From NCBI GenBank assembly GCA_023920165.1, contig CP089281.1, positions 930,001 through 994,000 of the forward strand: a stretch of DNA of 64,000 nt, in the 5' to 3' direction. Every line of letters starts with the position of its first letter. Position 1 is the first letter of the stretch. Positions 36,943-50,510 of this stretch are shown here, piece after piece. The stretch comes from Curvularia clavata (lineage: Eukaryota). A model generated the notes under the pieces. The model had not been told where the DNA came from. It made no database searches and saw nothing but the letters and a program-made list of their open reading frames with translations. Position numbers and translations under genes: made by a program.

Positions 36943-38779
36943 TTACTTTGTGCTAGAGCTAGCGTGCGAGCCACCGTGTTTCCTCCGGCTCGAGCTCTTC
37001 TTCTCCTTCTTCTCGCTCTTCTCCGACTTTTCTGGCTTTTCTGGCTTTTCGGGCTTCTCGGGCTTCTCGGGCTTCTCGGGTCGTTCAGGCTTCTCTTCCT
37101 CCTTCACTGCTTCCCTGACCTCGCTCTTGCCGTCGATTCTTCTTACCACACGGACAATGTCATCGGCTCTCTCAATGGCAACTTCGTGGCCTACGCCATC
37201 GAGAACCTTGACTCTGACGTTCTCCTCGCCCAGGGCTGCTCGTGCATCCTCGGTGATTTCATCAGCGACGATGATGGGGTCAGTCTCGCCGAGGACGAGC
37301 CAGACCTCCTTCAAGGGTCCAGCGCGCGACTCAATGTTCTCACGAATGACGTTCCAGCGTTCGTGGTGGTTGTGGATAGGGGCATGGCGAATGGTGGAAA
37401 TAAAGGCCGGGACAAAAGCCTTGTGATGCTTTATCTGCCAGTCCACGACTGAAGAGACCGTGCTGTGCGGGTTTCCGGGCAAAAGCATCTGATTGCTTGA
37501 GAGATACTTTTGATCGCCCTCGCTTGCCGTTGTCGTAGTTTCGGCGTTTTCAATGGCATCAGGATCACTCTCTACCTTCTTAGCGCCCGTCCATAGTTTG
37601 TTTGCGACCACCTTGCGGACCATCCACTCAGGCATCCAGGAGCTATTGTACAGCATCTTGCTTGACAGCGAGATGTGAGATTTACGAATCAAGCCTCCTG
37701 GTGCAACAAGGACCAGACCCTTGACCAGCTGTGGGAAGTAGGACGTAAAGTCTGCAGCGATGGCGCCACCCAACGAGTAGCCTACAATGGTGAAGTTTGA
37801 CCAATGCAGCGATGAGGACTGTAATGCCAGCATGATCTGGGTAGTATACAGTGTAGCATCATAGTTTGTGGTATCGGGCGAGGGTCCGTCGGAGTATCCC
37901 CGGCCAAATAGATCTAAGCTGCTAGTTAGCAATAATGTCGTATGCGACAAACAACAAGACATGGGTAAAATCCAATGGGTATCGAACACGCTTAAAGACA
38001 TGGTGCCTTAGATTCCCAAGGCATCCATGTCTTGCATGTTGAAGCCAGACGCAGATCGTCAGCTAACTGCGGTGCACGTGCTTCACCGTTTGATAGGGCT
38101 GGCGGGACCCTTTCCTAAACAGGCAACGCGCATGCGCAAAAGCCGATCCAACCTTGGGCGCGGGGTATCTAGATCCAATGCGTCTGGCAAGGCTTTGGAT
38201 GTAGGGAATGCGCTGGAGCGCCCTTACAAGAAGGTTCTTGTGTTCCCAGGCGAGGATGCGAAAAATTTGATGGACCAAAGACTATTCAAGGCGATGACAA
38301 CAAGAGGGGGACCCACCAAAGAGCATGACACGTCGTCCCCTGCCAACCAACTTGTGCGCAAGATCGGTCATGGCGATGCTGGGCGTCGAGATGCCGTGAA
38401 CCAAGAGCACCTTTTCTCCGTCCCTGGGACCGAATTCGTAGACACGGATGGAACCAAAGGGTGAATCCACGTCGCGCGCTCCTGGCAAGGCGGCGGGATG
38501 GTAAGGTAGCTCGGCGGCATCCTCAGGGTCGATGTCGGGCAGCAGGGTGCGCCGGGGCGAGGGGATTGGCGGTTTTCTGGCAGATTTGGAGGAGGCAGTC
38601 AATGCCCATAGCAGCGACAGACCAGTGACCGAGGCGGCGCCGATGATGGCATAGCGCTGGACCTTTGGGAGGCGCTCGAAACGCGACAGCTGGGTGGCCG
38701 ACATGTTTGAAATCTTGTTAATGGCAACCTCAGCGGCTTTGGGTGGCGGCTGCTTGTCGCTGGCGAACCTGGAGAACAT
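36943..38779 (-). CDS. Alpha/beta-fold hydrolase with N-terminal membrane anchor
   Basis: VLLVHGISTP, VMLF|DLFGRGYSD joined across a 403-nt intron (37914-38316), nucleophile elbow GYSLGG, GETDPII, GHE; C-terminal EKP repeats. Start could be 38779 or 38704. Confidence 0.88.
37015..37095 (-). repeat. 9-bp coding minisatellite (Glu-Lys-Pro)n
   Basis: ttctcgggc / ttttctggc units encoding EKPERPEKPEKPEKPEKPEKPEKSEKSEK. Confidence 0.85.
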
Positions 38780-39558
38780 GGCGACGGCGGCGGACGGCGA
38801 GGCAAGAGTCGTTGTAGAGAGACAGACCCTGAGGCGGCGACGAAATCGATTGATCGCCAGCGCGCTAAACTGGGGCGATGGATGCACCATGGCCGCCTCC
38901 CGCTGGAGCTCTAGATGTGGCACATGGGTCGGCTCTGGCTCTGGCTGTGGCTCTTCAACGGCACTGGGTGAGGGGATGCATCCAGGGAGCCCACCCACAG
39001 CCGTCATGTCACGCGGCGCTGATGCTGATGGTGCTGGTGCTACTGCATGCATCATCCCAATTTCCAGGCGCTCCCGGCCGACCTAAAAAATGCCCCGGCG
39101 ACCAAGACAAGTTGATTTCACCAAACGCTGATCTCGAGGCGGCTAGCGGCCATGCTGTGGAGAGCCAAGGGATGAGAGCGCGTCAGCTCCTCAGCCACAA
39201 CGCATGCAGCCCTGGGCGTATAGTCTTAGACATCCTCACCTTAGGGCTCTTGGGGTGGCGCCGGACTGGGCAAATACGACTGTTTCCCCCCTTTGATTGC
39301 TTGGTGCTCCCGTCTACTCTTTCTCCCTTCTTTTTCCCTCGTTTCTCCTTCCAGGCGTCTCTCTGTGAGGGTCGCATGTCTGACTCCGTAGTTTGCGGGC
39401 CCCCGAAATCACTCCGCTGCCTCTGACCGCGCTCTCACCGCCCGCCTGTGCCGCCCGTCGTGTGCCCAAGGCGAGTACTGCAATTGCGATTGTGGTTGCG
39501 AGTAACAAAAAATTACCATCAAGCGTCGTCGACGGCTATTCGGGCCCTGTAGTGCGCC

Positions 39559-41316
39559 ATGGACGACTGGACATCCAAGCAGCTCCCTGAGCGCTTGCCC
39601 TTCTCCAAGAAGCGGCTGTCCAAGAAGGTCATCTTCTCGTGCGTAGAGCCGCCTCATCTGCAGCGCAGTGAATACTGACTAGAGCAGATATATCGGAGAT
39701 TATCTTATCATCATGTAAGACCGCGCGCTTTTCGACGCACACGACCTCCTTCCTGGCTTGATTGCGAGGCTGACCACCGTCACAGCGTATTGATGCTTAC
39801 CTTTGCCATTGTCGACAAGATCCCGCCCTTCCACCAACCCTTTTCGCTAGACAACTACACCCTCCACTACCCCTTTGCTACGCGTGAGCGTGTGCCCGTC
39901 ATATGGCTGTGTGTTTATGTGGTTCTCGCGCCTGCCGTCATCATTGCCATATACACCATGGTAATCGACGGTCTTTTCTCACACCAAACTGCCATGCCCG
40001 CCAACAGGACCGGTCTCAAGCGTCTTTCGGGGAGATATAGGTTCAAGGATAGGCTATGGGAGTTGAACTGCGGTATACTTGGATTGGGTCTGAGCATCGG
40101 CGCTGCCTTCACAATCACCGGAGCGTTGAAGAATGCTATTGGAAAGCCGCGGCCCGATCTCATCAGTCGGCAAGTCTGTCTTGAGCAACCTGGGAGCTTT
40201 GACTAACAATCTACAGCTGTCAGATTGACGAGTCCAAGATCAACCATGCCCTCTACGCCCTCCAGACTATTGACATTTGCACGCAAAAGGACAACTACAT
40301 TCTCCAGGATGGCTTCAAGAGCTTTCCCTCTGGACATAGCAGTGGTATGGCATTCGGCATTCCTTGCATATCGACTTGACTGATATCCTGCAGTTTCCTT
40401 TGCTGGTCTGTTCTACCTTTCCATTTACCTTGCCGGAAAACTCCACGTCCTCGATGCCAAGGGTGAGGTTTGGAGGACATTCATTGTCATGGTCCCCGCA
40501 CTCGGCGCTGCACTCATTACCGGAACCCGTATCATGGACGCTCGCCATCATCCATTCGATGTTATCTCAGGTGCCCTTCTCGGCATACTCGTGGCATGGG
40601 GCTCGTACCGACAATACTTCCCTCCTGTTTCCGAGACCTGGCGCAAGGGACGCGCTTATCCCATTCGTGCCTGGGGCAAAGCATCGCGCGCACCGCCACA
40701 TGGTGCTCTCTTGGTCGAAGATGATATCCGACAGCTACATGAAATAAACAAGCCGGTGGATGAGGAGCGTGGGGAAGCTTCGGGATACTCCGCCGCGGCC
40801 GCGGTTCCTGTAGAAAGCGACATCGGAAACAATGTGTTCCGCCAACAAATTCACAACTCCCAACGAAGACGACAAGAATCAGGATCTCATTATGGTGTGG
40901 GCCGAAGTGATACAGGCGCCTCGAGCAACTACCGGACCGAAACCATGACCTCCGGTATTTCCTCCAAGGTCAACCGATATACTAATCAGCTTCCATCCAC
41001 GAATCCTTTCGCCGCTGATGTCGCGCGCCAGCGCCAGCTGGACACTTATGATTATTCATCCTCGGAAGATGATGGCAACTATGAGCTTCAACCGAGGGCG
41101 GGCGTTTACAATCCAGTGTCTGGTACACTCACAGATACGGGATACCATCCACCCACAGCTATCTCCCCAGTCCCTACACCACCACCACCTCAGGCCAACA
41201 CCATTCTACATAACCAGGCAACGACCATGTCTCCAACAGGCGACCTTTCTGATCGAAGAGAAGCCCCGCCCATGCCTCCGCCACATGGCGCAAGCAACTT
41301 GTCTCAGCAAATATGA
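39559..41316 (+). CDS. PAP2-family lipid (diacylglycerol pyrophosphate/phosphatidate) phosphatase, DPP1/LPP1-like
   Basis: Five exons; catalytic motifs KNAIGKPRPD, SFPSGHSS and TRIMDARHHPFD; long disordered C-terminal tail; includes a ~27-nt exon and a GC-AG intron. Confidence 0.92.
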
Positions 41317-41853
41317 AGTGAGGCAAAGCTGTACGATCAGGTGTGAGTGAGATTATTTTGGTGGAAGCAACTGCATTTCTGGAAAATACCCGCATCCTCG
41401 TTCGTCAGCATATTTTGAAATGTGCTGATGAGCGTATGAGAAGCTGTTACGGTTAGGACGAGCCTCATGTGTCACGCCCTTGGCCAGGAACAAGGAGTTG
41501 AGTGGAGTTGGGGACTATGACAGGAACCGCATTTTCCCAAGAGGAAAACATGGTACCATGGGTTTAGCATAAAACTGCATCGAATTTTATCTTGGAATTT
41601 TCACTTGACGTGTACGTACACACATGTGGTGACAGGCCTAGAGCGCGTGCCAGAATTGCCCTGCCGCATGCGGCAATCCCTGCATGCAATGCCAAGCTTT
41701 GCGTCAGCGGAATCTTGAGACCAGACAACTTTCCTGGACCCTTCTCTCCGAAAAGCGTCCTCCCCGCCCGACCACGAAATCTCCCCCTTTTCCTCGACCA
41801 CCACACATACATACACATAACAACGGACCCCATCAGCAACCCCCCACGTCATA

Positions 41854-42808
41854 ATGGAGGCCCTCCAATCCACCCTCCAACCCCTAACGCGCGCCCTGCC
41901 GCAACCCATCGCAGACATCGGTGTCTCCCTCCTCGGCCCCACCTGCTACCAAACCCTCATCTACAACGTCGATCTCTCCGCGACCGAATGCGTTAAACTC
42001 GCCGTGTCCAAGGGGCTGGGAATCGGCATCATCGGTGCCTCTTCCATTGTCAAAATCCCACAGCTCATCAAGCTCCTAAACTCGCAGTCCGCAGAGGGCC
42101 TGTCCTTCCTTGCCTACCTTCTCGAATCCGGCTCGTACCTGATTTCGCTCGCGTACAATGTTCGCCATGGATTTCCGTTCAGCACCTTTGGCGAGACGGC
42201 GTTGATTCTCGTGCAAAATATTGCGATTGCCAGTTTGGTGCTCAAGTATAGTGGCAAGGGCGCAGGCATTGTGCCGTGGATTGGGGGACTGGCGGCGGCC
42301 GGTATGGCGCTGTTTAAGGAGGAGCTGGTCAATGAGGAGACGCTAGCCATGTTGCAGGCGGGCGCGGGCGTGTTGGGCGTTGCGAGCAAAGTGCCGCAGA
42401 TTTTGACTGTGTGGAGTGAGGGCGGTACTGGGCAGTTGAGTGCTTTTGCTGTAAGTTTTCTTTTCCTTTACATATCTCCTACATGTCTTCTTTCTAGAGA
42501 CAGCAAAGCTGACGCGTTCTGCGACGCAGGTCATCAACTACCTTCTCGGCTCCCTCTCGCGCATCTTCACCACCCTCCAGGAAGTTGACGATCCGCTCAT
42601 CTTGTACGGCTTCATCGCTGGCTTCGCCCTCAACGCCATCCTCTTCTTGCAGGTCATGTACTACTGGAATGCGCCTACGTCTAAGAAGACGCAGTCTAAG
42701 AAACTCGAGAAGCCTATCATAACTGGTGGGGAGAAGAAGGAAACGGCGCGCTCTGTGTCGACTGGTCGGGCGGCTGGCAAGAGTCCAAGCACAAGACGCA
42801 GGGGATAA
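41854..42808 (+). CDS. MPDU1: Mannose-P-dolichol utilization defect 1 (Lec35) PQ-loop protein
   Basis: SKGLGIGIIGASSIVKIPQLIKL..SQSAEGLS, FPFSTFGE, second PQ loop SKVPQI...GTGQLSAFA|VINYLLGSLSRIFTTLQEV; intron 42451-42529. Confidence 0.93.
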
Positions 42809-43157
42809 AGCCTTTTGTTTGAGCCCTTTTGCTATAGACATCACAATTAATTCTTTTGTCCTCTGTACTCGTCCCCCATATCAAATAATCTATGCGTGAA
42901 AGGCAAACGAAAGAAATCATCAGAAAAGCGTTTCATCTATGCATTACTACTGCCATTACAACCATTTACAACGCATGCCTTTGCCTAGTTCTTTACATAC
43001 AACTGTCGGCGCAGGACAGAAAAGAGGATGACAATACAGTACAGACAACGTCCGCAGAACGGAACCTCAAAATATATGACGACCTCTAAGAAGGGCCCTA
43101 CTTGGGTGATATCGTCGGGTTAGGATCAGGAATATACAGCCCTCATCGATGACGGAT

Positions 43158-44932
43158 CTAGAAGACATACTGCAACGTATTAGCACAAGCCACTCTCAGC
43201 CATCAGGACGCATCAACTTACTGGGATGAAAAGATAAGGCACCTGCCTCTCGTACTCCTTCCAAGCCTCACCATACTTTTCTCTGCACTTCTCAATATCC
43301 CTCATGGCACGGTGGATGATCATGCCAGCAAAGAAGACTGAGTAAAACCACGGGAAGGGGCTGGTGAAACCAGTAATGAGACCCCAGCTAATGGCAAAGA
43401 ACAAATCGCAAGTGTAGTGGATTTTGCGTGCCTTTCCGTACCAGCCATCTGCCAGGATCTTGTTTCCGTGGGCAGTCTGAATGGTCTTGGGGTTTTCAAG
43501 ACGTCCGTACTTGAAGTAAGGGAAGGTGGTGCGTTCATCCGCAACACCACGCTCCTCCTGACGGAATTGATTCTTCTGAGAGTTGGTTGTATCCCAGATG
43601 TAGTAGGCATAGAGATAGGCAAGGGTCAAGAGAGCGGTGAACCAGGTGGGGAGGTCATACTCGGAGGGGTGGTGATAGGCAATAAACAAAGTGCAGTGGC
43701 AGTATGACAAGGGCACACCAGCCATGTTCCAGAAGATGAGCATGAATCCCAGCTTCTCGTAGTACATGTCCCAGGAGGTAATAATGAGGTGCTCGCCCTT
43801 TGCGCAGGCGTTGGCATACAGGTAGTGCGCAAAGAGAAGGAAGATGGCTTCCATGGAAACGTAGCCGTACTGCTCATACTGCTTCAAGCATGTACCAAGA
43901 GAAAGGAAGAAGAGGATGAACCACGGGATGCGGACCTCGAGGAACATCTTGAAGTCCAAGATGCCAAAAAGACGGGGGTTAAGCTCAGAACCAAGGAAAA
44001 AGTCGACAATGAAGTTGCCGGTCATGCGGACGGTTGCGCCACGGATACGAGCAGAAACGTACGCGATGGTCGAGCACAGAAAGCCGGAGATGATGGCAAC
44101 GCTCATAATGTGTCCAAACTCGTCAATCAAGGTGTACAGCTTGAAGACACCGCTAAAATGCAGTCCCAGCATGATGGCGATACTGGAGTAGAAGGACCAC
44201 ATGGCCGAGCAGTAATAGTCCAGCTGCTTTCCGCCCAAGTGAGGCAGCGCCTTGCCCTTGCGGTAGACACCTGGCATGAACATGTAGAAAGCCAGTTGCA
44301 TGAGTCCGAAGAACCAGTAGATCTGCCATGCCTTGTTGTTAGGGTACGCCTCCGTCTTGACCAGGTACCACATGTGACCGAAGAAGTCTTGCCAGCTCTG
44401 GCCCTCAGTGCGCGTGGGGAATTTGCCGTCGTAGAAGGCGGCTCCAATCCACATGTAGTACATGAGGGCAGGGAAGCAAATCATCATAGTGCCCATGCCG
44501 ATGGCGCCTCCAAACTCGTTCAGACCAGAAGTGTCTTTAGGGGGAAAGAACTTGTCAGCCTCGAACTTGAAGTCCAACTCGACCTTATCCTGCTTGGAGT
44601 GTCCATTGCTGTGTCCATTGCTGTGTCCATTGCTGTGTCCATTTGTAGTGCCGTTTCCGTTGACGTGGCCATTGGTGCCGTTTTCATGCTTGACATCGCC
44701 GTTGGCTGAGCGTAGAGACTCTACAGAGTTGCTCTCGGGTTCTGGCGTGGATTCCTCATCACCCACGACTGATTTGCGCCGCTGCGACCTCCTGCGTCCA
44801 GGGGTCTCGACGAAACCTGGGCGGTCGGGCTTGCTGCGATGTGCATGTCAGCAGTGGACTCTCTTATGCAGCTTATATGTCGACCTACACTGGCGTCTTC
44901 CCCGCTTGTGATCGGGTTACTCGCATCGACAT
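43158..44932 (-). CDS. ERG4: Delta24(24(1))-sterol reductase
   Basis: EFGGAIG...[24 protein letters not shown]...[32 protein letters not shown]-like [44 protein letters not shown]; introns near both ends; (NGHS)n 12-bp repeat at ~44600-44643. Confidence 0.95.
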
Positions 44933-46132
44933 GCTTACTCTGCGTGTGGCTGTGGCTGTGGCAGCGCGTAGTCTCAGGGGCGCTTATGCACTACACACTG
45001 GTTACGGACCGCAACGAGGCAAGGGATAAATGGAAAATCCAGAACAGACGCAAAAGAAAATAGCAGAAATATCTCGTCACAACTCGTTCATTACAGCCGG
45101 CGAGGCAGGACAGTAGCCAATGGCATAAAAGAGCGGAGGAAGAAACTCGATGTTTGTTGACAGCAGGTACAAATTTGGGAGTTTGGCGGATCTACACTAA
45201 GGAGTCAGTGCACCAATCAGAGGGCGCTCGCTCCGTATCCGCCGTATTCGAGAACGGCAAATCTGTGCCAGTACCAGAATTGACATCACCACTTTCACCA
45301 TCTATTTCCAACAGTAAAGACTGCGTATACATCCCTAGGGCTTGCGCTGAAACAACAAGTGCAGTGATGTGAAAGTGATGAGGAACAAACTCTAGCTTGT
45401 TGCTCCTGTACTCTGCGGACAAGTACATGATGCCTGTGTGCGACATATGAAGCTGTTTCTAGGCGGTCATTAGATGGACACTCGCGGGTATTAGTGTTCC
45501 CAATGTGTGCGTGTTCCTAGCCTGAGCGTTTCTCGAGTCTCTCGGTCCTGCGACGGTTCAGGCAGGTCTGGGGGAGTTGTCGAGTTGAGACGGGAGCAGA
45601 CGCGGAGACCCCACACGCCAACGTCGGCATGGCATCCTTGCTGTATTTCAATATCTGAATCGTGTCAGGGAGTGTCAGGTCGTCAGCACCTGAACGTCAG
45701 CGTGGTACTGACATGTGAAGCCCTCGGCGCTGTGGACCCATGCACAATAAGAGCCGCCCCCCACGTGAGACGCCCCAATCCGGCATGCCTCGGCACGACG
45801 CTGGATGACGTCTGCCCTCATCCAGCAAGTCAGCCGCGCACCGACGATGCAACCAATTGTAGGGCCCGTAAATCCACTCACGAGATCACAAGAAAGCGGC
45901 CGCTGCACCCCAAACGCGCCATCCTGCGGCCGGCCTTCAGCACATGGGCTGTTTCCCCGGATTCCCTTGGCGTGGAGTAATTGCGAGCATGTGAAAGCAA
46001 CTCGAAACCATGCTAGGCTTCTTATAAGCCCCAGATGCGTTTGCTCACTGCCCTGTGACCACTTTCCCTCCTTCATCTCGTCTCCCATCTTTTTGCCTTG
46101 TTCTCCTTCTGTATTTTCACTTCTAGAGCAAG

Positions 46133-47992
46133 ATGGCAAATCGCTTCTCCGTCGCCGACGTCGCGTCGCACAAGACTGCAAATGACCTGTGGATCATTGT
46201 GGATGAGGATGTCTACGATCTCACCAAGTTCCAGGATGACCACCCTGGCGGCAAAAAGAGTATGCTGAACCCTGATCTCTAACTCTCAAAGTCGAAACTA
46301 ACGACTGCAAGTTCTCCAACGTGTAGCCGGCAAGGACGCGTCCAAGCAGTTCTGGAAATACCACAATGAGGGCATCCTCAAGAAGTACCAGAAGCAACTA
46401 CAGGTTGGCTCGCTCGACACCAAGGCCGCTCCTCCACCTCCAGCTCCGAAGAAGGAGGAGAAGAAAGAGATTGTGAAGCCAGAGGCGAATTCCGGAGTCG
46501 TGGCACCTCAGCCAACTGAGGCTGCTGAGGAGGCTGAGCCTTTTGATTCCTACGGCGACCTCGTCCCGTACGCAGACCCATCGTGGTACCAAACAGTATG
46601 TTCATGAATACAGCTGGTTCCCTCTTTTCAATCCAACTAACCCAAAACCCAGTATCACTCTCCCTACTACAACGAAACACACGTTGCCCTACGCGCAGAA
46701 GTCCGCGAGTGGGTTGAGGAGAAGCTGATGCCCTACGTCACCGAGTGGGATGAAGCTAAGAAAGTCCCCGATGAGATATTCCTCGAGATGGGCGAGCGAG
46801 GATACCTCGCTGGCATGCTCGGCGTTCAGTACCCAACACAATACACCGACATAAGGGTCAAGAGCGTGCCACCAGAGAAGTGGGATCACTTCCACGAGAT
46901 GATCATCACCGATGAGCTCTCCAGGACAGGCAGTGGTGGTCTTGTCTGGGGTTTGATCGGTGGATACGGAATTGGTGGACCTCCTTTGTTCAAGTTCGGC
47001 AAGAAGGAACTTGTCCAGCGTATTGGTCCCGATCTGCTCAGCGGAAAGAAGAGGATCTGTTTGGCTATCACAGAGCCAGGTAAGTTTCTACCGTTTGTTC
47101 GCGTGGAGCGTACACTAACATTTTGATAGATGCTGGAAGTGATGTTGCGAACCTGACCTGTGAAGCCAAACTTTCAGAGGATGGTAAGCATTACATCGTC
47201 AACGGAGAGAAGAAGTGGATCACCAACGGTATCTGGTCCGACTACTTCACCACCGCCGTTCGCACCGGCGGTGAGGGAATGAACGGCGTCTCTGTCCTCT
47301 TGATTGAGCGTAGCGCAGGAGGCGTCTCAACACGAAAGATGGACTGCCAAGGTGTGTGGAGCAGTGGTACGACCTACATTACCTTTGAGGATGTCAAGGT
47401 CCCTGTCGAGAACCTCATTGGCAAGGAAAACCAGGGTTTCAAGGTCGTCATGACGGTAAGCCACATTGAATCTCGCTCTCATTATGAACCCAGCCTAACA
47501 CTTGTCTAGAACTTCAACCACGAGCGCATCGGCATCATCATTCAATGCCTCCGCTTCTCTCGTGTATGCTACGAGGAGAGTATGAAGTACGCGCACAAGC
47601 GCAAGACCTTCGGCAAGCGCCTCATCGACCACCCCGTCATCCGTCTCAAACTCGCCCACATGGCTCGTCAGATCGAAGCCAGCTACAACTGGATGGAGAA
47701 CCTCATCTACCAGTGCGAGAAGATGAACGACATGGAGGCCATGCTCAAGCTTGGTGGCGCCATTGCCAGTTTGAAGGCCCAGAGCACAACAACGTTTGAA
47801 TTCTGTGCCAGGGAAGCAAGCCAGATCTTTGGTGGTTTGAGCTATAGCAGAGGCGGACAGGGCGCCAAGGTCGAGAGGCTATACAGGGATGTTAGGGCGT
47901 ATGCTATTCCCGGTGGCAGTGAGGAGATTATGCTTGATTTGAGTATTAGGCAGGCTCTGAGGGTGCACAAGGTTTTGGGCATGAAGCTGTAA
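46133..47992 (+). CDS. Acyl-CoA dehydrogenase with N-terminal cytochrome b5-like domain
   Basis: Five exons. b5 domain LWIIVDEDVYDLTKFQDDHPGG...AGKDASKQFWKYH; ACAD motifs CLAITEP|DAGSDVA, NGEKKWITNG, NFNHER, RKTFGKRL, QIFGG..Y, RLYRDVRAYAIPGGSEEIM. Confidence 0.94.
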
Positions 47993-49329
47993 AACAAGTC
48001 GGTGTGATGGGAAGTATATGTAACATAATATCTTGGGGAAAATTAAATCCGGTGTTTCTTCTACTTGAATGAAGAGTACTATGTTTTCGTGGCGGTGGCA
48101 GATCATGCATGTGCACAACGTGATGCTGGTGGGACTAAAGCGTCTCTTGCTGACCGGGCGGCTGCTCCGAGCTCTTTGTTGCTAGGGGGCCTGCTGAGGA
48201 TGAGAGTGATGTTTGTGTTTTATCTCGCACTAAACGCGTTGGCGTTGGTGCTGCACAAGATCCTACTGTTGTTAGTGCTTGGGCATACAGCTTTTGAGTG
48301 TTTACGTCAATCCCATAAACTCACATGAACTATAAAGGACAATCTGTCGTAGCCAAAGTTACGTACTTAGCCAAGCAACCTGGTGGCCATTTAGGAGTAT
48401 ACACCACAATCTGTAGTTTCGAGGATTGAACAGTATTATCTTTCTCTTGTGTTCGTTGCGACATATAGCTTTAAGCTGAGGCCCCACGCACTCTCTTATA
48501 GTACTATTAGCCACAGCCATTGTTCAGAAATGTGACAAAAAGCAAAATTAACAGCATCACGATTGCAACATACGGTCATCGTTTACGGAGCGTAAAGATG
48601 AAAACCGTATACGTAATCATTTTAATCAGCGTCGTGATACTACGCATCCAGGCGATAACAAAACATGCTTGTACCGACGTACTGTGCTATATCCCAAAGC
48701 GCTAGCGCAAGATCCCTTGAACATCCAGCTTGATAATGCCATCGATCTAGCAGCAGTAAGGGCGGGTGCAAAAGAATGCTTAGTGAGAGTGCAAGTATTC
48801 ACCATCAAAAAAGGCAAAAACCAAGCAATCCTCTCTCTCTTTCTCTCTCTCGCGCGCTTCTGTTGCTCTAACGGGCGTTGCTTGTGAGATTCAAACACCC
48901 GCCCTCCTAGCTTAGCAACCCTTGTTTTGGGACACTGAATGGGTTGTTAGTTTCCTGTAACCTATCAGCATCTCGCCTCAATAATGTTGCTCAATGCTCG
49001 CTAGTAGTGGTTTGATTTAGGTCTCGTTCGTATACGATGGTAGTCAATGTTTGCTGTTTGGGGGTTTTTTTTAGATACCCACCCAGTGCTCCTATTTGTG
49101 CTAGGAGCTCACCCGACCACAAGAGAGAAGATCGCTTGGTGGAGGAAGACGGATATTGTGATATTCAAGCAGAACGGTGGAAGTAAATGGGAGCCTAGAG
49201 CGGGTTTGCAAACACCGGTGTCCGTGATTGTATGCGCATGTGCCCGGCAGCGAGCAAACAGCCACAGGCACTTTCAGCGGCTATGCCCTCAGCTATGAGG
49301 GGTCAGATCAAACACAAACCACTTCTATC

Positions 49330-50510
49330 ATAAGCGAGGTTTTTATCGCAGGTTCTCATTATAATGCTCAACTTGTAAAAGACGCTGGTGAGTCGATGTC
49401 ACACACTTCCAGAGAATTCCATAGTGATGAGCATCCGCAGGTCCACACTCTGATTCAGCAGTTCTTGTCGAATTGAAGAATGTGACAGATGCGCTATTGA
49501 AGACTGGTTAAATGCCGAAGCGGACTATCGTCCTCTGTAGCTGGGATGCCGAGTATGGTCTCGTAGGCAGGTAAGAATGCTCCGCTCTAAGCAAAACTGT
49601 TCTGGGTGTTGAGATATACGGCTTCCAAAAATGGATTCGATCTAGGAGTGCATTCACTGGCTAAATTACTCTGTCGTCTCCTACTTATACATCGATGTCG
49701 GCGGCACTGACACCGCCCCAACTTCAATGCTTCTCCTGAACTCCATTTCCCAATCACCTTAACTGCCCAGAAAATCACCCAAACGGAATGCCAAGAGCCC
49801 CGTTTACTATGTATAATGACCAAACTAAGATAGGAGTGACGCGTCGCCCAAGCATACAAAGCAACTTCGCCTTGTTGATGCATTGTGATGGCATTTCTGC
49901 CACAGACTATGCACCACTCCAGATCATATGAACCCGACCTATCACACACACGCCACCGTTGACAGCTGTCATCGGATGACCGACTTTGCCAGTCTATGAT
50001 CCGCAATGCAAGGTAATCGGGTAGTTTCTGGTGTTGGCATTGTTCAAAACTTGTAAACGAATATGTTGTGCCGCTTGAATCAGCACACTATGACGTAGAA
50101 AGGCTGGTATGGCTTATGATCAGAGACGTGCAAGCAAATCTATCATCGGCGAATACAACTGCAGCAGTTGAAATCGAACAGCTCCAAGGTCGTGTTGCGG
50201 GGTTTAAGGGAGCGGCGCAGTTATTCGACGCCGCTCGCAACATGGCTATGGCATCATACGATCTGCGTCTTATCAAGCAACCAAATCACAGGAATCGTAG
50301 TTTTGGAAAAGGCTTCATGAGCTAAGGCGGACCTGTTGAGAGGGAGTTCTATCACCGTCCTCTATTCGCACCTAGTGTTGATATCGAATAAGAAGCGCTA
50401 CTTATCCAAGCGTTGTGGAAGCCGTTGGCGCGGATAATCTTAATTTGGCGAAAGAGCTTGTAAGGAGGATTGCGAAGGCTATGCTGGCTGCAGCATGCAT
50501 CCTGCAAGTT
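49330..50510 (+). pseudogene. Decayed M28B glutamate carboxypeptidase (GCPII/Vps70/Tre2-like) with TfR dimerisation domain
   Basis: EVFIAGSHYNA..KDA|GPHSDSAVLVEL..LLKTG*MPKRTIVLCSWDAEYGLVG ... WLNYSVVSYLYIDVG ... NASPELH ... NHRNRSFGKGFMS*GGPVEREFYHRPLFAPSVDIE* ... TYPSVVEAVGADNLNLAKELV; stops, frameshifts and eroded metal ligands. Boundaries approximate. Confidence 0.82.

Noticed and set aside
1775..42808. DPM2 and MPDU1 as a dolichol-P-mannose gene cluster
   Set aside because: They are 40 kb apart with many unrelated genes between; chance linkage is sufficient.
18720..44709. Long antisense or alternate-frame ORFs (e.g. 18720-19607, 21421-22257, 23791-24414, 43789-44709)
   Set aside because: Mostly shadows of real genes caused by codon bias and low complexity; no independent coding signal.
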